The notes under the pieces are model-generated. The model made no database searches and was not told where the DNA came from. It saw only the letters and a program-made list of their open reading frames with translations. A stretch of 64,000 bases of DNA from an uncultured virus (IMG/VR IMGVR_UViG_3300025879_000013) (lineage: Duplodnaviria > Heunggongvirae > Uroviricota > Caudoviricetes): IMG/VR virus record IMGVR_UViG_3300025879_000013. The stretch is one strand, 5' to 3'. The position numbers and the translations under genes are program-made. Shown piece by piece: positions 42,233-52,307 of the stretch (positions within the stretch are counted from its first letter, which is position 1; each line of letters opens with the position of its first letter).

Positions 42233-42539
42233 AATAGAAGAAATGGTTTTCTAACGCCGCTTTATAATCTTGTAACGTATCTGTTAATGGATACGGAATA
42301 AATAAAAGACTGTTATCAGGGATATTAGTTTCTAAACCACCATACTGAGGATTTGCCATTAATATTAACCAACCAAAGTAAGGCGTTTCATAAAATTCAT
42401 AACTAATTTTATCCAATCTACTCTTTCCTGTTCTGTAAATATACCTCTTATCTGTAGGTTTTGAAGGGATTCTTACAAAAGGAACCACAGTTTGTTGACC
42501 ATTTACCAAAAAATCATTATATCTATTCCAGTATCTCAT
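42222..42539 (-). CDS. Baseplate LysM-like protein (T4 gp53 / P2 gpX-like)
   Basis: SRLDKISYEFYETPYFGWLILMANP...LFIP. Confidence 0.8.
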   Translation of the reverse strand: MRYWNRYNDFLVNGQQTVVPFVRIPSKPTDKRYIYRTGKSRLDKISYEFYETPYFGWLILMANPQYGGLETNIPDNSLLFIPYPLTDTLQDYKAALENHFFYYGR

Positions 42540-42541
42540 AA

Positions 42542-45500
42542 TTATTTAAATGATATTTTTCCATTAAATGTTTTATTAGTTCCAACATTAACACCTTTAT
42601 TTAAACTAATAAAGAATCCTTCTTTGTCACTATTATTTTGACCTTTTGGTAATTGTGTATACTCAAAAACTCTTTCTTTACCTTCGCTAAATGGAGAGTA
42701 ATCACTATATTTACTAACAGTTGGTTTTTTTCTCAAACTATCAATTTTTTTAGTAGTTTTTACACTTACATTGTAATATATATCCCTTAACCCTTTTACT
42801 GCAGGTATTTCTGAAGGTATTGTGTTCATACCTTCACTACCCAATATAAGTGGTTCACTAAATGGTAAGGGTTCTAGTGGTATTGCCGGTCGACCAAAGA
42901 CAATTTTATTCACATATCTCACCCATTCAGGTTTTGATTTTAAATCCTCACCTAAAATATCATTAACAAAGTTATCGGAGTTGTTACTGATTTCTTTATA
43001 ACAAACATGCATCAACCTTACAAATGCTGGGTCGTTTTTATAAGGTGTATCCAAAATACTAAACGTATAATTTGAATCGTATTTAGGTATGTAATTAAAT
43101 TGGTTGGATAAAATTTCATTATAGAAGTTTTGTAAATCATTACCCAATACATTAATATCATTTTCCATTTCTTCGTAAGTGTTTGAAGGTGTTGGTGTTG
43201 ATGAAATATCAACATTAGTACTACCTGTCAAATCTAGTAAAATGTTTTGACCTTTATCTGTTTGGAAACCGTCAGTATTGGTTAAAATAAAATTAACCTT
43301 ATCAATGTTACTAATTAACGATAACTGATTTTTATTCATATCGGTAAACGATGAAAAATACTTAGTTCCGTATGATGCTTTTATCTGATTAATTTTTTGT
43401 GTTAGGTTGAATTTAAACTTTTTCTTATCTTTTTTACTAAAGTTTTGGTTTTCAATATTTTTAGTAAATGGTGATAAATCATTTTCAATATCACTAATAA
43501 CTTCAGTAAACAAAGTATCGATTTTAGTTTGTAACTTATCCTCTTGAGGTTTACCGAATAGATTTATATCTAAAGTTGTTCCTGTATAGTAAGTTGGTGA
43601 ACCGTAATATCCTAATATTTTACCTTCCGTATAATTTCGGTCAGAAGTAAAATAACTTAACCCATCAAATGAATATTGATTTGATATTTCAGCAAATGTA
43701 TTAACAACAGTATCAACATAAGCTTTTGATTGTGTTGTCATTTCGTCAACAATAGTTTTATATGAGGTATCACCTGAATTTGTTATTTCACCATTAAATA
43801 ATGTATCCTTTTCTGATGTAATCTGACCAATAGTAGTTCCAACATTAGGTTGGTTATCAACTAATGCTCTCTCGTCTTGACCTAAAAACACCAGATTATT
43901 TTCAATATCTTCCCATACTTTAGCATTTAGTTCTTCTCTTTGTTCGGTAACAACTGACCTATCATCATACACCTCAGTATTTGCATAATAATTAAATGAT
44001 AATGCATTTTGTAATCTACTAACAGGTTCTTTTAGTCCTTGACCTCCAATAAAATAAAAACTCATATTAATGTCAGCCAACATTGGTTGAACACCAATAC
44101 CTTCAGGATTCATGTCAAATGTTAGTGGTTCATAATTAATACTGATTTGGTTAATTGCAATCTTAGAGTGATAGAAATCACCAATTCTTAAAACACATAT
44201 AGGTGGCGCACCGAATGATGTGTTGTTGGCGGTCATTTGTGTTGGTCGACCATCCTCTCCGATAACGGGTATAGTATCACCAGGTCTAATACATTGTTGT
44301 AAGAACGTTAAACGAGAATTTAATCCTTCAGGTGTTATAGAATGGAATGCCGGTTGGAAATATTTAATCTTTTCTTTAATACCACTATATACCATTGGGG
44401 ATTCCTCTTTCATTAAATCGAAGTAATCACACTCAGTAAGTAACTTTTTAACTATAATTTTAGCAACCTCTTCTCTTCTTCTTTCTTTTGTTTCGGGTTT
44501 CTTATCAATCGGTATTGGTTGATTTTCATTTTTATTTACATCACCTGTTGTTCCTGGATATTCAGTAGAGTCATCTTTAGATATTTCAGGAGGTGTGGGT
44601 GGATTTTCGATAACATTTGTAATTCTAACTCTTCTACAATACATAGCATCTGTTGAGTAAATTTTGTCCATACCCGTTAAGTTTTTAGTACAACTAATTT
44701 GCCCATTTCCGGTTTCAATATTGTTTTCTTCACCTTTTGGGTCTTCTTTAATTGTTAATTTACCATCACTAATCCACTGTTCTAAAGTTTTAGTTCCCTT
44801 ACTACCTTTTAATGGTAATAGATAGTCTTTTACACTATCAATTCTTCTTTTAGATAGGTCAACATTATAAGACTTAGTATTGGGTGATGATGCCGAACCT
44901 TGTAATAAAATGGTGAATTCAGCACCAGCTTCTAATCCTTGAACGATTTTATTAACCAAAGCATTTGTTTTAGTTAAAACATTACTCGTTGTTGCTGTTG
45001 ATATGTTTTCACTAAAAAATTCAGTAACTGCGGACTTGTTATTTGCTCTTTGTATATATGTTCCTTCTAAACTATTATATAATGCTAATGTTTGAGTATA
45101 ACCTGAATTGGTGGTTGTTTGTCTTGTATTAGGGTCGGGTATATCATTGTGGAAATAATAAGCAAACCCTTGGTAATCCGAATCTTCAACTTTTGGAGTA
45201 TAGGTATCAGTTGTAGGGTCTTTATCACCAGGAATACCTGGGTCAACCTTATCAAATTCTTCTTTTACTATCTCAATATCAGGATAGGTTGTAATAATAT
45301 CGTAAATGTCTTGATATGTAAATTGAGGAAATCTTGTCGCTAATTCGTATATATCATATTTTCTACAACCAGCGAAGAAACTATCAACAATACCATTAAC
45401 TTTATTACTATCACTTTCTTTTGCCAATTCCTTATCAACAATAGCATTTAATATTGATGGATGGTCAACCACTATCTTCCAAGACAAACTACCCTGTCTT

Positions 45501-47380
45501 GTAGTATTACTATAGGTATAGATAGGTTCAGGTCGACCAACAAACTCATTAGCGTTCCAATTGGCACTATTAGTTTCACTAACTTTCATATCATAAGGTG
45601 GAAACCACATAATACGACCACCATTAGGTCCTCTTTCACAATGAGGTAAATCTTGGTAAGTTAGTCCCTTTCTTCTTGATGTTCTCCATGCTAAATTCTC
45701 TAATGAGAACATATACTTTTTAACCCCCTCACTACTAAAATCATTACCAGTAAGGTTTGTCGTATCATTACCCCTAATCGGAGCAATATTTAAATTATAA
45801 GTGTTATCTAAAACTGAATATGTAAATTTACGATTCGCCGTGGTAATACCCTCACCTTTTTGTAAATCACCCATAGAATAGTATGGAGTATCTTTTGTAA
45901 AGACTCTACAATATTCCTTACCCACAATTTCATCATTCTCATCAACATAAGCAATAACTCTAGAACCTTTAGTTAATTCTCGTGTTCCATCGTGAAATAC
46001 TTTAGATACTTGATTTATAGCATTACCTACATGTTGTAACCTTCTTACGCCCGTAACTTCATCGGCTGAATTAATAAGTTTTTGTGTATTGTCTAATATT
46101 GAACCCTTAGTAAATTGATAATTACCCGCACCGTCAACAGACTGACCCGCTTGGAATGTATTTTGTATACCTCCTTCGGTCCAATCAGGGTCAATAGTTC
46201 CATAAAATTCACCCCCACGACCTACTTTTTGTCCTGCTTGGTCTTTTCTTTTTGGTGATACCCATGTAAATCCTCCTTGAACACCACCACTATCATATGT
46301 AGATACTTGATTTAAACCGAACTTAAAGGTATTATCTTTTTCTTCGTTTTCATAAATCTTAGCAACCTCATCATATCCAAATACCGGTGTTTGTGATTTA
46401 TTACCGTCTTGGTCTAATGGTAATGATTGAGCAGGTGATACTATGTCCCTTAACTCCTGTTTTGAACTACCAACATAATAATTTTGTTTTGGAACCTCTG
46501 TAAATAAATCAGTTAAGAAATTTTTATTATAGTCAGGAACATATCTGTTTAATGATAACCCCTTAAATAGTCTTGACCTCTGACCACCACCTGTATTGTC
46601 CAAGAATGTTTGCATTCCTGTTTTTTCGGTAGGTAATTTAAGAACCCCTCTTTTATCAAATAAACCTGTTACTGCATTTGCTGCCTGATTTAAAAATAAT
46701 TGTCGAGGTTCATCACTAAAATAATCGCCAGGAATCCATGAGTAGGGTGAATAAACACCCGTTATCCTACTTATAAAATCTAAACCTTTACCTATAATAT
46801 TTTTTGGAACGGATATCTTCCAATCTCTTTCAATTATAGAATTATTACCGGTAACAATACCTAATAAATCAAAAGGGTCCGATAAGGCATCAATAGCGTT
46901 AACCCTACCCAAAGTTTGTTGGTATGTTTCTTGAGCAACCCTATATTGAAATTCAGATTTTAATGATTCCGCAGCAATTCTTGCCAAATCAGAATCTTGA
47001 GAAAGAGAACCGTTATCTCCTTGTGGGTCTCCACTTGTTAAAATACTAAACGAATTATAAGTAGAAGCAATAAAATCACCATAAGGTCCTTTTCCAACAC
47101 TCGATACTATACTCGTATTGAATACATCATCAACACTTATGGGTTCATTAAACCCACCATCGGGTCCATAAGTGTTTTTAGTATATGCGTTTTTAGACTC
47201 TTCTTGACCGATAACCTCAACCTCAGTAGAATCACTAACCGATTGGTCATTAACGTAAAACCCAGTCTCGCCAGGTGAACTTGTCGGCACAAAACCATCA
47301 CTATTGTATGGTTGTAAATTTCTAACCAACAATTTTTTTCTGAAGTTCTCAGTAGAGTTAAATGATAATGGACTTGGCAT
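42542..47380 (-). CDS. Tail-tube-initiator-like baseplate protein with inserted OmpA-like domain (1612 aa)
   Basis: Tube-fold halves WFPPYDMKVSE..SANW...FVGRPEPIYTYSNTTR and APPICVLRIGD...QPMLADINMSF. OmpA-like LQGSASSPNTKSYNVDLSKRRIDSVKDYL...CRRVRI. Lies between the tape measure and LysM genes. Confidence 0.6.
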   Translation of the reverse strand: MPSPLSFNSTENFRKKLLVRNLQPYNSDGFVPTSSPGETGFYVNDQSVSDSTEVEVIGQEESKNAYTKNTYGPDGGFNEPISVDDVFNTSIVSSVGKGPYGDFIASTYNSFSILTSGDPQGDNGSLSQDSDLARIAAESLKSEFQYRVAQETYQQTLGRVNAIDALSDPFDLLGIVTGNNSIIERDWKISVPKNIIGKGLDFISRITGVYSPYSWIPGDYFSDEPRQLFLNQAANAVTGLFDKRGVLKLPTEKTGMQTFLDNTGGGQRSRLFKGLSLNRYVPDYNKNFLTDLFTEVPKQNYYVGSSKQELRDIVSPAQSLPLDQDGNKSQTPVFGYDEVAKIYENEEKDNTFKFGLNQVSTYDSGGVQGGFTWVSPKRKDQAGQKVGRGGEFYGTIDPDWTEGGIQNTFQAGQSVDGAGNYQFTKGSILDNTQKLINSADEVTGVRRLQHVGNAINQVSKVFHDGTRELTKGSRVIAYVDENDEIVGKEYCRVFTKDTPYYSMGDLQKGEGITTANRKFTYSVLDNTYNLNIAPIRGNDTTNLTGNDFSSEGVKKYMFSLENLAWRTSRRKGLTYQDLPHCERGPNGGRIMWFPPYDMKVSETNSANWNANEFVGRPEPIYTYSNTTRQGSLSWKIVVDHPSILNAIVDKELAKESDSNKVNGIVDSFFAGCRKYDIYELATRFPQFTYQDIYDIITTYPDIEIVKEEFDKVDPGIPGDKDPTTDTYTPKVEDSDYQGFAYYFHNDIPDPNTRQTTTNSGYTQTLALYNSLEGTYIQRANNKSAVTEFFSENISTATTSNVLTKTNALVNKIVQGLEAGAEFTILLQGSASSPNTKSYNVDLSKRRIDSVKDYLLPLKGSKGTKTLEQWISDGKLTIKEDPKGEENNIETGNGQISCTKNLTGMDKIYSTDAMYCRRVRITNVIENPPTPPEISKDDSTEYPGTTGDVNKNENQPIPIDKKPETKERRREEVAKIIVKKLLTECDYFDLMKEESPMVYSGIKEKIKYFQPAFHSITPEGLNSRLTFLQQCIRPGDTIPVIGEDGRPTQMTANNTSFGAPPICVLRIGDFYHSKIAINQISINYEPLTFDMNPEGIGVQPMLADINMSFYFIGGQGLKEPVSRLQNALSFNYYANTEVYDDRSVVTEQREELNAKVWEDIENNLVFLGQDERALVDNQPNVGTTIGQITSEKDTLFNGEITNSGDTSYKTIVDEMTTQSKAYVDTVVNTFAEISNQYSFDGLSYFTSDRNYTEGKILGYYGSPTYYTGTTLDINLFGKPQEDKLQTKIDTLFTEVISDIENDLSPFTKNIENQNFSKKDKKKFKFNLTQKINQIKASYGTKYFSSFTDMNKNQLSLISNIDKVNFILTNTDGFQTDKGQNILLDLTGSTNVDISSTPTPSNTYEEMENDINVLGNDLQNFYNEILSNQFNYIPKYDSNYTFSILDTPYKNDPAFVRLMHVCYKEISNNSDNFVNDILGEDLKSKPEWVRYVNKIVFGRPAIPLEPLPFSEPLILGSEGMNTIPSEIPAVKGLRDIYYNVSVKTTKKIDSLRKKPTVSKYSDYSPFSEGKERVFEYTQLPKGQNNSDKEGFFISLNKGVNVGTNKTFNGKISFK

Positions 47381-47497
47381 CTATATATTCTTTTTACATA
47401 AATAGATGATAATATAATTTTATATTAAGCACACTCGTTGTTAATTGTATTAATTAAGGCGAAAACAACAATTATCCCAGATAGAATCGCTAGGATT

Positions 47498-49579
47498 TTA
47501 CGTTACTCTAAACCCATATCGACTATCCCAAGTATTAATATTATTTAATTGTGATTCAATAATACTCATCGCTTGTGGGTTTCTAACCAATAACTCTGCT
47601 ATTGTTTCTTTACTAATATTAGAATTAGTTGGTAGGTCAGCTATCGTCAATTTAACTTCACCATTTATCTGAAATTGTGGTGTTTGATTATTTTGAGTTG
47701 ACTGATTAGATTGGTTAAAATTATTAGCATTTGCAATATTATTAACCGCATTGTTATTAATAGAATCCATAACCATTGGTAATAAACTTTGATTCGCAGT
47801 CTGATTACCATTTGTTATATTGGCGTTTTGTATATTTAGATTTGCACTTTGAACTGATTGGACAGTTAAACTTTCCGAAACAACTTCTCTTTGAGGTGTT
47901 GTTAAACCTTGCGAAACTACTTCTCTTTGAGGTGTTGTTAAACCTTGCGAAACTACTTCTCTTTGAGGTGTGGTTTCTATATTAACTGTGTCAGGCCATA
48001 AACTTACATCAGTCACACCACTAAAGGCTGATTTGATATCTATATTTTTCAATTTATCCATTATATCCTTTAATTCAAGGCCGTCAGTTAATCTTTTTAA
48101 TGCAGGTATTAATTTGTTATCAATTTCTTCACTAGCCCTATTAAGTGTTGAAATAGTCCCATTAACTATACTATCAGCTTGTTCATTAGTGAGTTTTAAC
48201 TGAGTAAAAACTTGACTCGATGCAGTTGCAACACTTTCAGGTATATTAATTTCAGCTTCTTTTTCTAAAAATTTGTTAGCTAATAAACTATTGGCTTTAC
48301 TTATGTTTTCACCAATTTTATTAAAGTCACCTGATTGAACTAAATTTAACGTAGTTAATTTTGTTATAGTATCTTGAGCGTATTTAATCTCCTCTAAATA
48401 ACCCATAGATTTTTTAGCTACTTCCAACTCACCCAGTTTATCCACTTTCTGCATCTTTGCTAACTCCTTATAGTCTGTTTCAGTTAATTCATTAAACCCT
48501 TCACTAATTTTTCTAAGACTACCATCAGGCATTGTTATTTCTAAATTACCGTTAGCCCCTATCTTACCTAAACTTGCAATTAATTCTTTTTTATCTTCAT
48601 CAACAGACGTAAAACCATCTAAAATTTTAAGTTTTTGTGTTCTCTGAGCCGCATTCATAGCCATTTGACTAAAATCTTCATACGAACGACCTGCCAATTT
48701 TGCAGCTTCCCTCATTCGATACATTTGAGTAACAGGTATATCAAATTCTCCTGTTTCCTTATTAAAGGATACAGATGCTGCGGACATTTTAACTAATTCG
48801 TCTTGTAAACCCGCCATATCGGTTTGAGCCATATGTAATAATTTAAACGGGTCACCTAGTGCTCCAATTTCACCACCTAACATTTGAAATCCTGCCGCAG
48901 TTTCAATAGCTTTACTTGGGTCTAACATATCTTCAGCAAACCCTTTAGTCGCAGCCATATCAATTCTTAACGCTTGTGCCTGTGCAACCATTTTAGATAA
49001 ACCTTCAACACCACCTTTAAAGTTATACCCAACCATTAAACTTAAGTTTTTATTAACTTGGTCCATAAATTGTGAAACATTAAGACCATATGACTTAGCT
49101 TCTTCAGTCATATTTTGCATCATTATTAAGGTTTCATCGGTAGTATACCCTAAAGTATCAAATGAAGTGGCCATTTCAGCCAATTGTTGAGATGTTAAAT
49201 TAGCACTAAAACCTAAAGCTTGAAATCTTGTAATTTGTTGTTCAGTAAAGTATGTGTTTCTTTGCATTGCAGTATTCAATGCACCAAATAATTCAATGTT
49301 TTTAGAAGCATCTATACCAAGAAGACCTGTTGATTTTGTTGCTTGTGCAATAACCTCTTGAACTTGATTACTAACAACTCTACTTTGACCTAAAGTTTGT
49401 CTTACTTGATTTGCGGTTTGTGAGTTGATTGCCGCCGCCTGATTAATAACCGATTGAACATCAGTTATACTACTCTTCATCTGTTTAGTAAATTCTTTTA
49501 ATGAAATTTGAGCAAGAGTAATATTTTCAGCAATCTTCTGAGTATCGTTCTTTAAACCTCCGTCACTTTGAAAAAACAT
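47498..49579 (-). CDS. Probable tape measure protein (693 aa)
   Basis: Helical A/Q/M-rich sequence in the canonical position after tube and chaperones. Confidence 0.6.
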   Translation of the reverse strand: MFFQSDGGLKNDTQKIAENITLAQISLKEFTKQMKSSITDVQSVINQAAAINSQTANQVRQTLGQSRVVSNQVQEVIAQATKSTGLLGIDASKNIELFGALNTAMQRNTYFTEQQITRFQALGFSANLTSQQLAEMATSFDTLGYTTDETLIMMQNMTEEAKSYGLNVSQFMDQVNKNLSLMVGYNFKGGVEGLSKMVAQAQALRIDMAATKGFAEDMLDPSKAIETAAGFQMLGGEIGALGDPFKLLHMAQTDMAGLQDELVKMSAASVSFNKETGEFDIPVTQMYRMREAAKLAGRSYEDFSQMAMNAAQRTQKLKILDGFTSVDEDKKELIASLGKIGANGNLEITMPDGSLRKISEGFNELTETDYKELAKMQKVDKLGELEVAKKSMGYLEEIKYAQDTITKLTTLNLVQSGDFNKIGENISKANSLLANKFLEKEAEINIPESVATASSQVFTQLKLTNEQADSIVNGTISTLNRASEEIDNKLIPALKRLTDGLELKDIMDKLKNIDIKSAFSGVTDVSLWPDTVNIETTPQREVVSQGLTTPQREVVSQGLTTPQREVVSESLTVQSVQSANLNIQNANITNGNQTANQSLLPMVMDSINNNAVNNIANANNFNQSNQSTQNNQTPQFQINGEVKLTIADLPTNSNISKETIAELLVRNPQAMSIIESQLNNINTWDSRYGFRVT
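47865..47972 (-). repeat. 3 x 36-bp in-frame tandem repeat (TTPQREVVSQGL)
   Basis: gttaaaccttgcgaaactacttctctttgaggtgtt units starting at 47865, 47901 and 47937. Confidence 0.9.
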
Positions 49580-49604
49580 ATTCTTCTTTTACAATAAATA
49601 TCAA

Positions 49605-49766
49605 TTAACGAGATTTATTTTTTTGTTTCTCGTATTCTTCCTCCCTTTTAATAAATTCTTCAGATAATTTATTTATAAAATATTTTCTTTCAAAGGTAGG
49701 CATAGACATCATATCCGAATAAGACATATTAACATGCTTACTCAAATAGTAGAACTCATCGAGCAT
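49605..49766 (-). CDS. Small tail-assembly chaperone partner (possibly a frameshift extension of the upstream gene)
   Basis: YYLSKHVNMSYSDMMSMPTFERKYFINKL resembles small ORFs found before tape measure genes; its open frame overlaps the upstream ORF end. Confidence 0.6.
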   Translation of the reverse strand: MLDEFYYLSKHVNMSYSDMMSMPTFERKYFINKLSEEFIKREEEYEKQKNKSR

Positions 49767-49779
49767 AACTCTCTTGTAA

Positions 49780-50529
49780 TCAGAAGAAAGGACGAAAAAA
49801 CTCTGCCCCAAAAGTGATACGTACATTCACTTTTTCTCCTGACGGGGCTATAACAGTTCTATTAAGGTCTAATCTTGGTTCACAATCTGTCATTGTGTTT
49901 CTAATAAACTTAGAATCCATAATAGGTAACGTGTTCACAAATGTTGCAATATTCTCTCTGTTAGTATCTCCGTCAACGGCAACGATATGTTTTTCTAATC
50001 TACGTGTTACAATAGGAACTGTAACACCTTCAGGATACTCATCTTGTAGTTTACTTAACTCATTAGTATCACCAATAGTTAAAAGTCTACAAACTATATT
50101 TTTTCCTGTTTTAGGTAGGTTTAATTCAAAAAGACCTTCATTATTAGGTTGTATTTTAGGTTGTAAAATATCTAACTCATCTAACATAACATTCGTGTCA
50201 AAGTCTTTTTTTGTTTTTGGGTCTTTTAATCTAAAGTTATATTCAGAACCAAAAGCAGTATTTCTTAAAAAGATAAGAATGGCTTCAGCATCACCATCTA
50301 ACATTTCATTAACATTAAAATCAGGTTCGTAAATTTTACTCTTAAGTAATGTTGTAACTAAATTTTGATTGTTACCTGCGGATAATAAAACATTCTCATC
50401 CTGAGCAGTTAGATAACCAACCTTTAAGGATTTCTTTTTATTTTGATAAAAAACTCCTCTTGAAGGTAGTGGAACCACATCATGTGGTAAGTTCATATTT
50501 ATTTGTCCGTATTGTTGTGCTTGGTCCAT
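49780..50529 (-). CDS. Tail/baseplate assembly chaperone (T4 gp26/gp51-like)
   Basis: VPLPSRG..Y, YLTAQDENVL, GDAEAILIFLRNTAFGSEY; ends FFRPFF. Confidence 0.7.
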   Translation of the reverse strand: MDQAQQYGQINMNLPHDVVPLPSRGVFYQNKKKSLKVGYLTAQDENVLLSAGNNQNLVTTLLKSKIYEPDFNVNEMLDGDAEAILIFLRNTAFGSEYNFRLKDPKTKKDFDTNVMLDELDILQPKIQPNNEGLFELNLPKTGKNIVCRLLTIGDTNELSKLQDEYPEGVTVPIVTRRLEKHIVAVDGDTNRENIATFVNTLPIMDSKFIRNTMTDCEPRLDLNRTVIAPSGEKVNVRITFGAEFFRPFF

Positions 50530-50542
50530 AACTATTTTAAAT

Positions 50543-50579
50543 AAAAAAAACCATAGAAGTGCAATGACCTCTATGGTTT
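50543..50579 (-). terminator. Intrinsic terminator after the tail tube gene
   Basis: AAACCATAGAGGT-CATTGC-ACTTCTATGGTTT plus T-run; one G:U pair is valid only on the minus strand. Confidence 0.75.
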
Positions 50580-50609
50580 AAATATATAGGTGATTGATTT
50601 TTAATCAAT
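50579..50609 (-). promoter_or_regulatory. Second host-type promoter candidate (chaperone gene)
   Basis: ATTG-N19-TATATTTA, with the same spacing as the ssb promoter. Confidence 0.45.
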
Positions 50610-50620
50610 ACTTTTTTATA

Positions 50621-51109
50621 TTAATAAACCAAAATACATCTATCAGGACGTAGCGTTGCGGAAATTGTTGCAATCGCATCGTCACTATAACCTAAACTGT
50701 CAAAGTTAACATCAGTTAAGAATGTTCCTTGAAGAATCCATTTCTCCACTGCAACCCCTGTTGGGTCTAACATTTCTAAGTCAATGTCTTTTTTATATCC
50801 CGCAGCATAACCCATACGTCCTGTTACAGACTCTGAGTGTAAACGAACCCACTCCATCAATGCTTGTGATGCTGAAGGACCGATTGGGTCACGGAAAGTT
50901 ACGTTTATGGTATTCCAAGTGAATCTACCAGCCACATATGTAGATGTGTTTAGGAAAGGAATTTCTGTTGCCCCGATTTGGATGTTTGGTCTTGATGTAG
51001 ACTCAACATACCAAGAGTTAATCCCCAATGAAGAAGGAAATGATAGGATAAACCTATTTTTTCTTTTAGGTTCATAAGGAACGGGCATTTTCATTAATAA
51101 ATCAGCCAT
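50621..51109 (-). CDS. Tail tube protein (T4 gp19-like)
   Basis: YEPKRKNRF, YVAGRFTWNTINVTFRDPI, YKKDIDLEMLDPTG..VEKW.L.G.F. Confidence 0.9.
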   Translation of the reverse strand: MADLLMKMPVPYEPKRKNRFILSFPSSLGINSWYVESTSRPNIQIGATEIPFLNTSTYVAGRFTWNTINVTFRDPIGPSASQALMEWVRLHSESVTGRMGYAAGYKKDIDLEMLDPTGVAVEKWILQGTFLTDVNFDSLGYSDDAIATISATLRPDRCILVY

Positions 51110-51233
51110 AGTATTTTGGTTTTTCTGTTCTTACGTTTATTTTATTATAAATATCAACTACAAAAGTTTTTCTATTTACTTTTTATTTTTTTTCAGTAAG
51201 TTCCACTAGAAGATAATAAAAAATAGAAAATAA

Positions 51234-52085
51234 TTAAATTTCTTTTTTATCTCCTCCTTTAGTTAAATAAGTTCTTACTGGTTTATCTTCATACTCTTTA
51301 TCTAAAAATGCTTTGATTTTTTCAACATTTCCTGGGTCATCATCAGAAAACCCAATCATCGGTACGAAATTATTTTTTACATCATTTTTAAGGAACGCTC
51401 TTTTTCCAAGTCTCTCACTCATTTCTTTTACATAAGCAATAAATTCTCTTAAAGCTTTAATTTTTCCTTCTTCAGGGTTTGATGCTGACCCCTCTCCATA
51501 TGTTACAGGATAATATTTACAAAGGTCCAAATACTCATTAATCATAATTTGACCATCCTTTGTTTCATCACCCGACATATTTCTATATTTTTTAAGATTA
51601 TCGATAAGAATATCTTTACTGATGCCATTATGGTCGGTAACAATAAAATTATAGATAGATTCACGAAGAACTGACGGTGTGTGTCCTCTTGCTGTGATAA
51701 TTGCAAATATTGAACCCCCGTTAATACATTCTACAAAATCGTCCCAAGAAGGACCAATAGATGCAACCATAGAGTCTATGATGAAAGCATTATCCCCACT
51801 TACACCGAAGTTTCTATAAGGGTCATTTGCATAACCAACAATCATTTCACCCTTATATTCAAAAGGTTCTTTACCAATCAACCCTCGGTAGTCTGCAAAA
51901 TCCTCAGTAGACATACCAAGTTCTTCATCATTTTCAGTCAAAAGAATAATTTGTGTCGGCATCGTTACGATATTATCGTCCCAATCAAAAGCATAATACT
52001 TTAAATCAGGGTTACCTTCAATATCAAAACCTTCCTTAAGTTGTTTCTCTTCGTAAAATTCTCTAATGATTCTTTTAATCGACAT
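51234..52085 (-). CDS. HAD-superfamily phosphatase-like protein with basic leader
   Basis: Motif I FDWDDNI, motif II IITARGH, motif III K (EEGKI), motif IV GFSDDD. Confidence 0.75.
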   Translation of the reverse strand: MSIKRIIREFYEEKQLKEGFDIEGNPDLKYYAFDWDDNIVTMPTQIILLTENDEELGMSTEDFADYRGLIGKEPFEYKGEMIVGYANDPYRNFGVSGDNAFIIDSMVASIGPSWDDFVECINGGSIFAIITARGHTPSVLRESIYNFIVTDHNGISKDILIDNLKKYRNMSGDETKDGQIMINEYLDLCKYYPVTYGEGSASNPEEGKIKALREFIAYVKEMSERLGKRAFLKNDVKNNFVPMIGFSDDDPGNVEKIKAFLDKEYEDKPVRTYLTKGGDKKEI

Positions 52086-52228
52086 TATTTTTTAGTTTTA
52101 ATTTTTTCAATTAATCTTTCAAGTTGAGATTCAGAAATCACAATATTTTGTGGTTTTTCTGAAAAAGACTTTTTTCCGTCAGATTTCATCTCTAACGCTT
52201 CGTTAAGTGTTTTTTTTGTGAATTCCAT
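52085..52228 (-). CDS. Small protein (47 aa; start moved to MEFTKK)
   Basis: KTLNEA and IVISESQLERLIEK; its stop overlaps the HAD gene start. Confidence 0.55.
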   Translation of the reverse strand: MEFTKKTLNEALEMKSDGKKSFSEKPQNIVISESQLERLIEKIKTKK

Positions 52229-52307
52229 TTTTGTATTTTTATTTAAACGTTTAATAAAGGCTAATGGGGACCACATGTAGTCCCCATATTATAAATATAT
52301 CGAGTGA

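Noticed and set aside
47405..47497. Possible structured ncRNA or tRNA in the intergenic gap (also the weak hairpin at 26671-26701)
   Set aside because: Only short imperfect stems; no cloverleaf or recognisable RNA family.
47865..47972. 36-bp repeats starting GTT, superficially CRISPR-like
   Set aside because: Head-to-tail with no spacers, in frame within a CDS, and no cas genes in the window.
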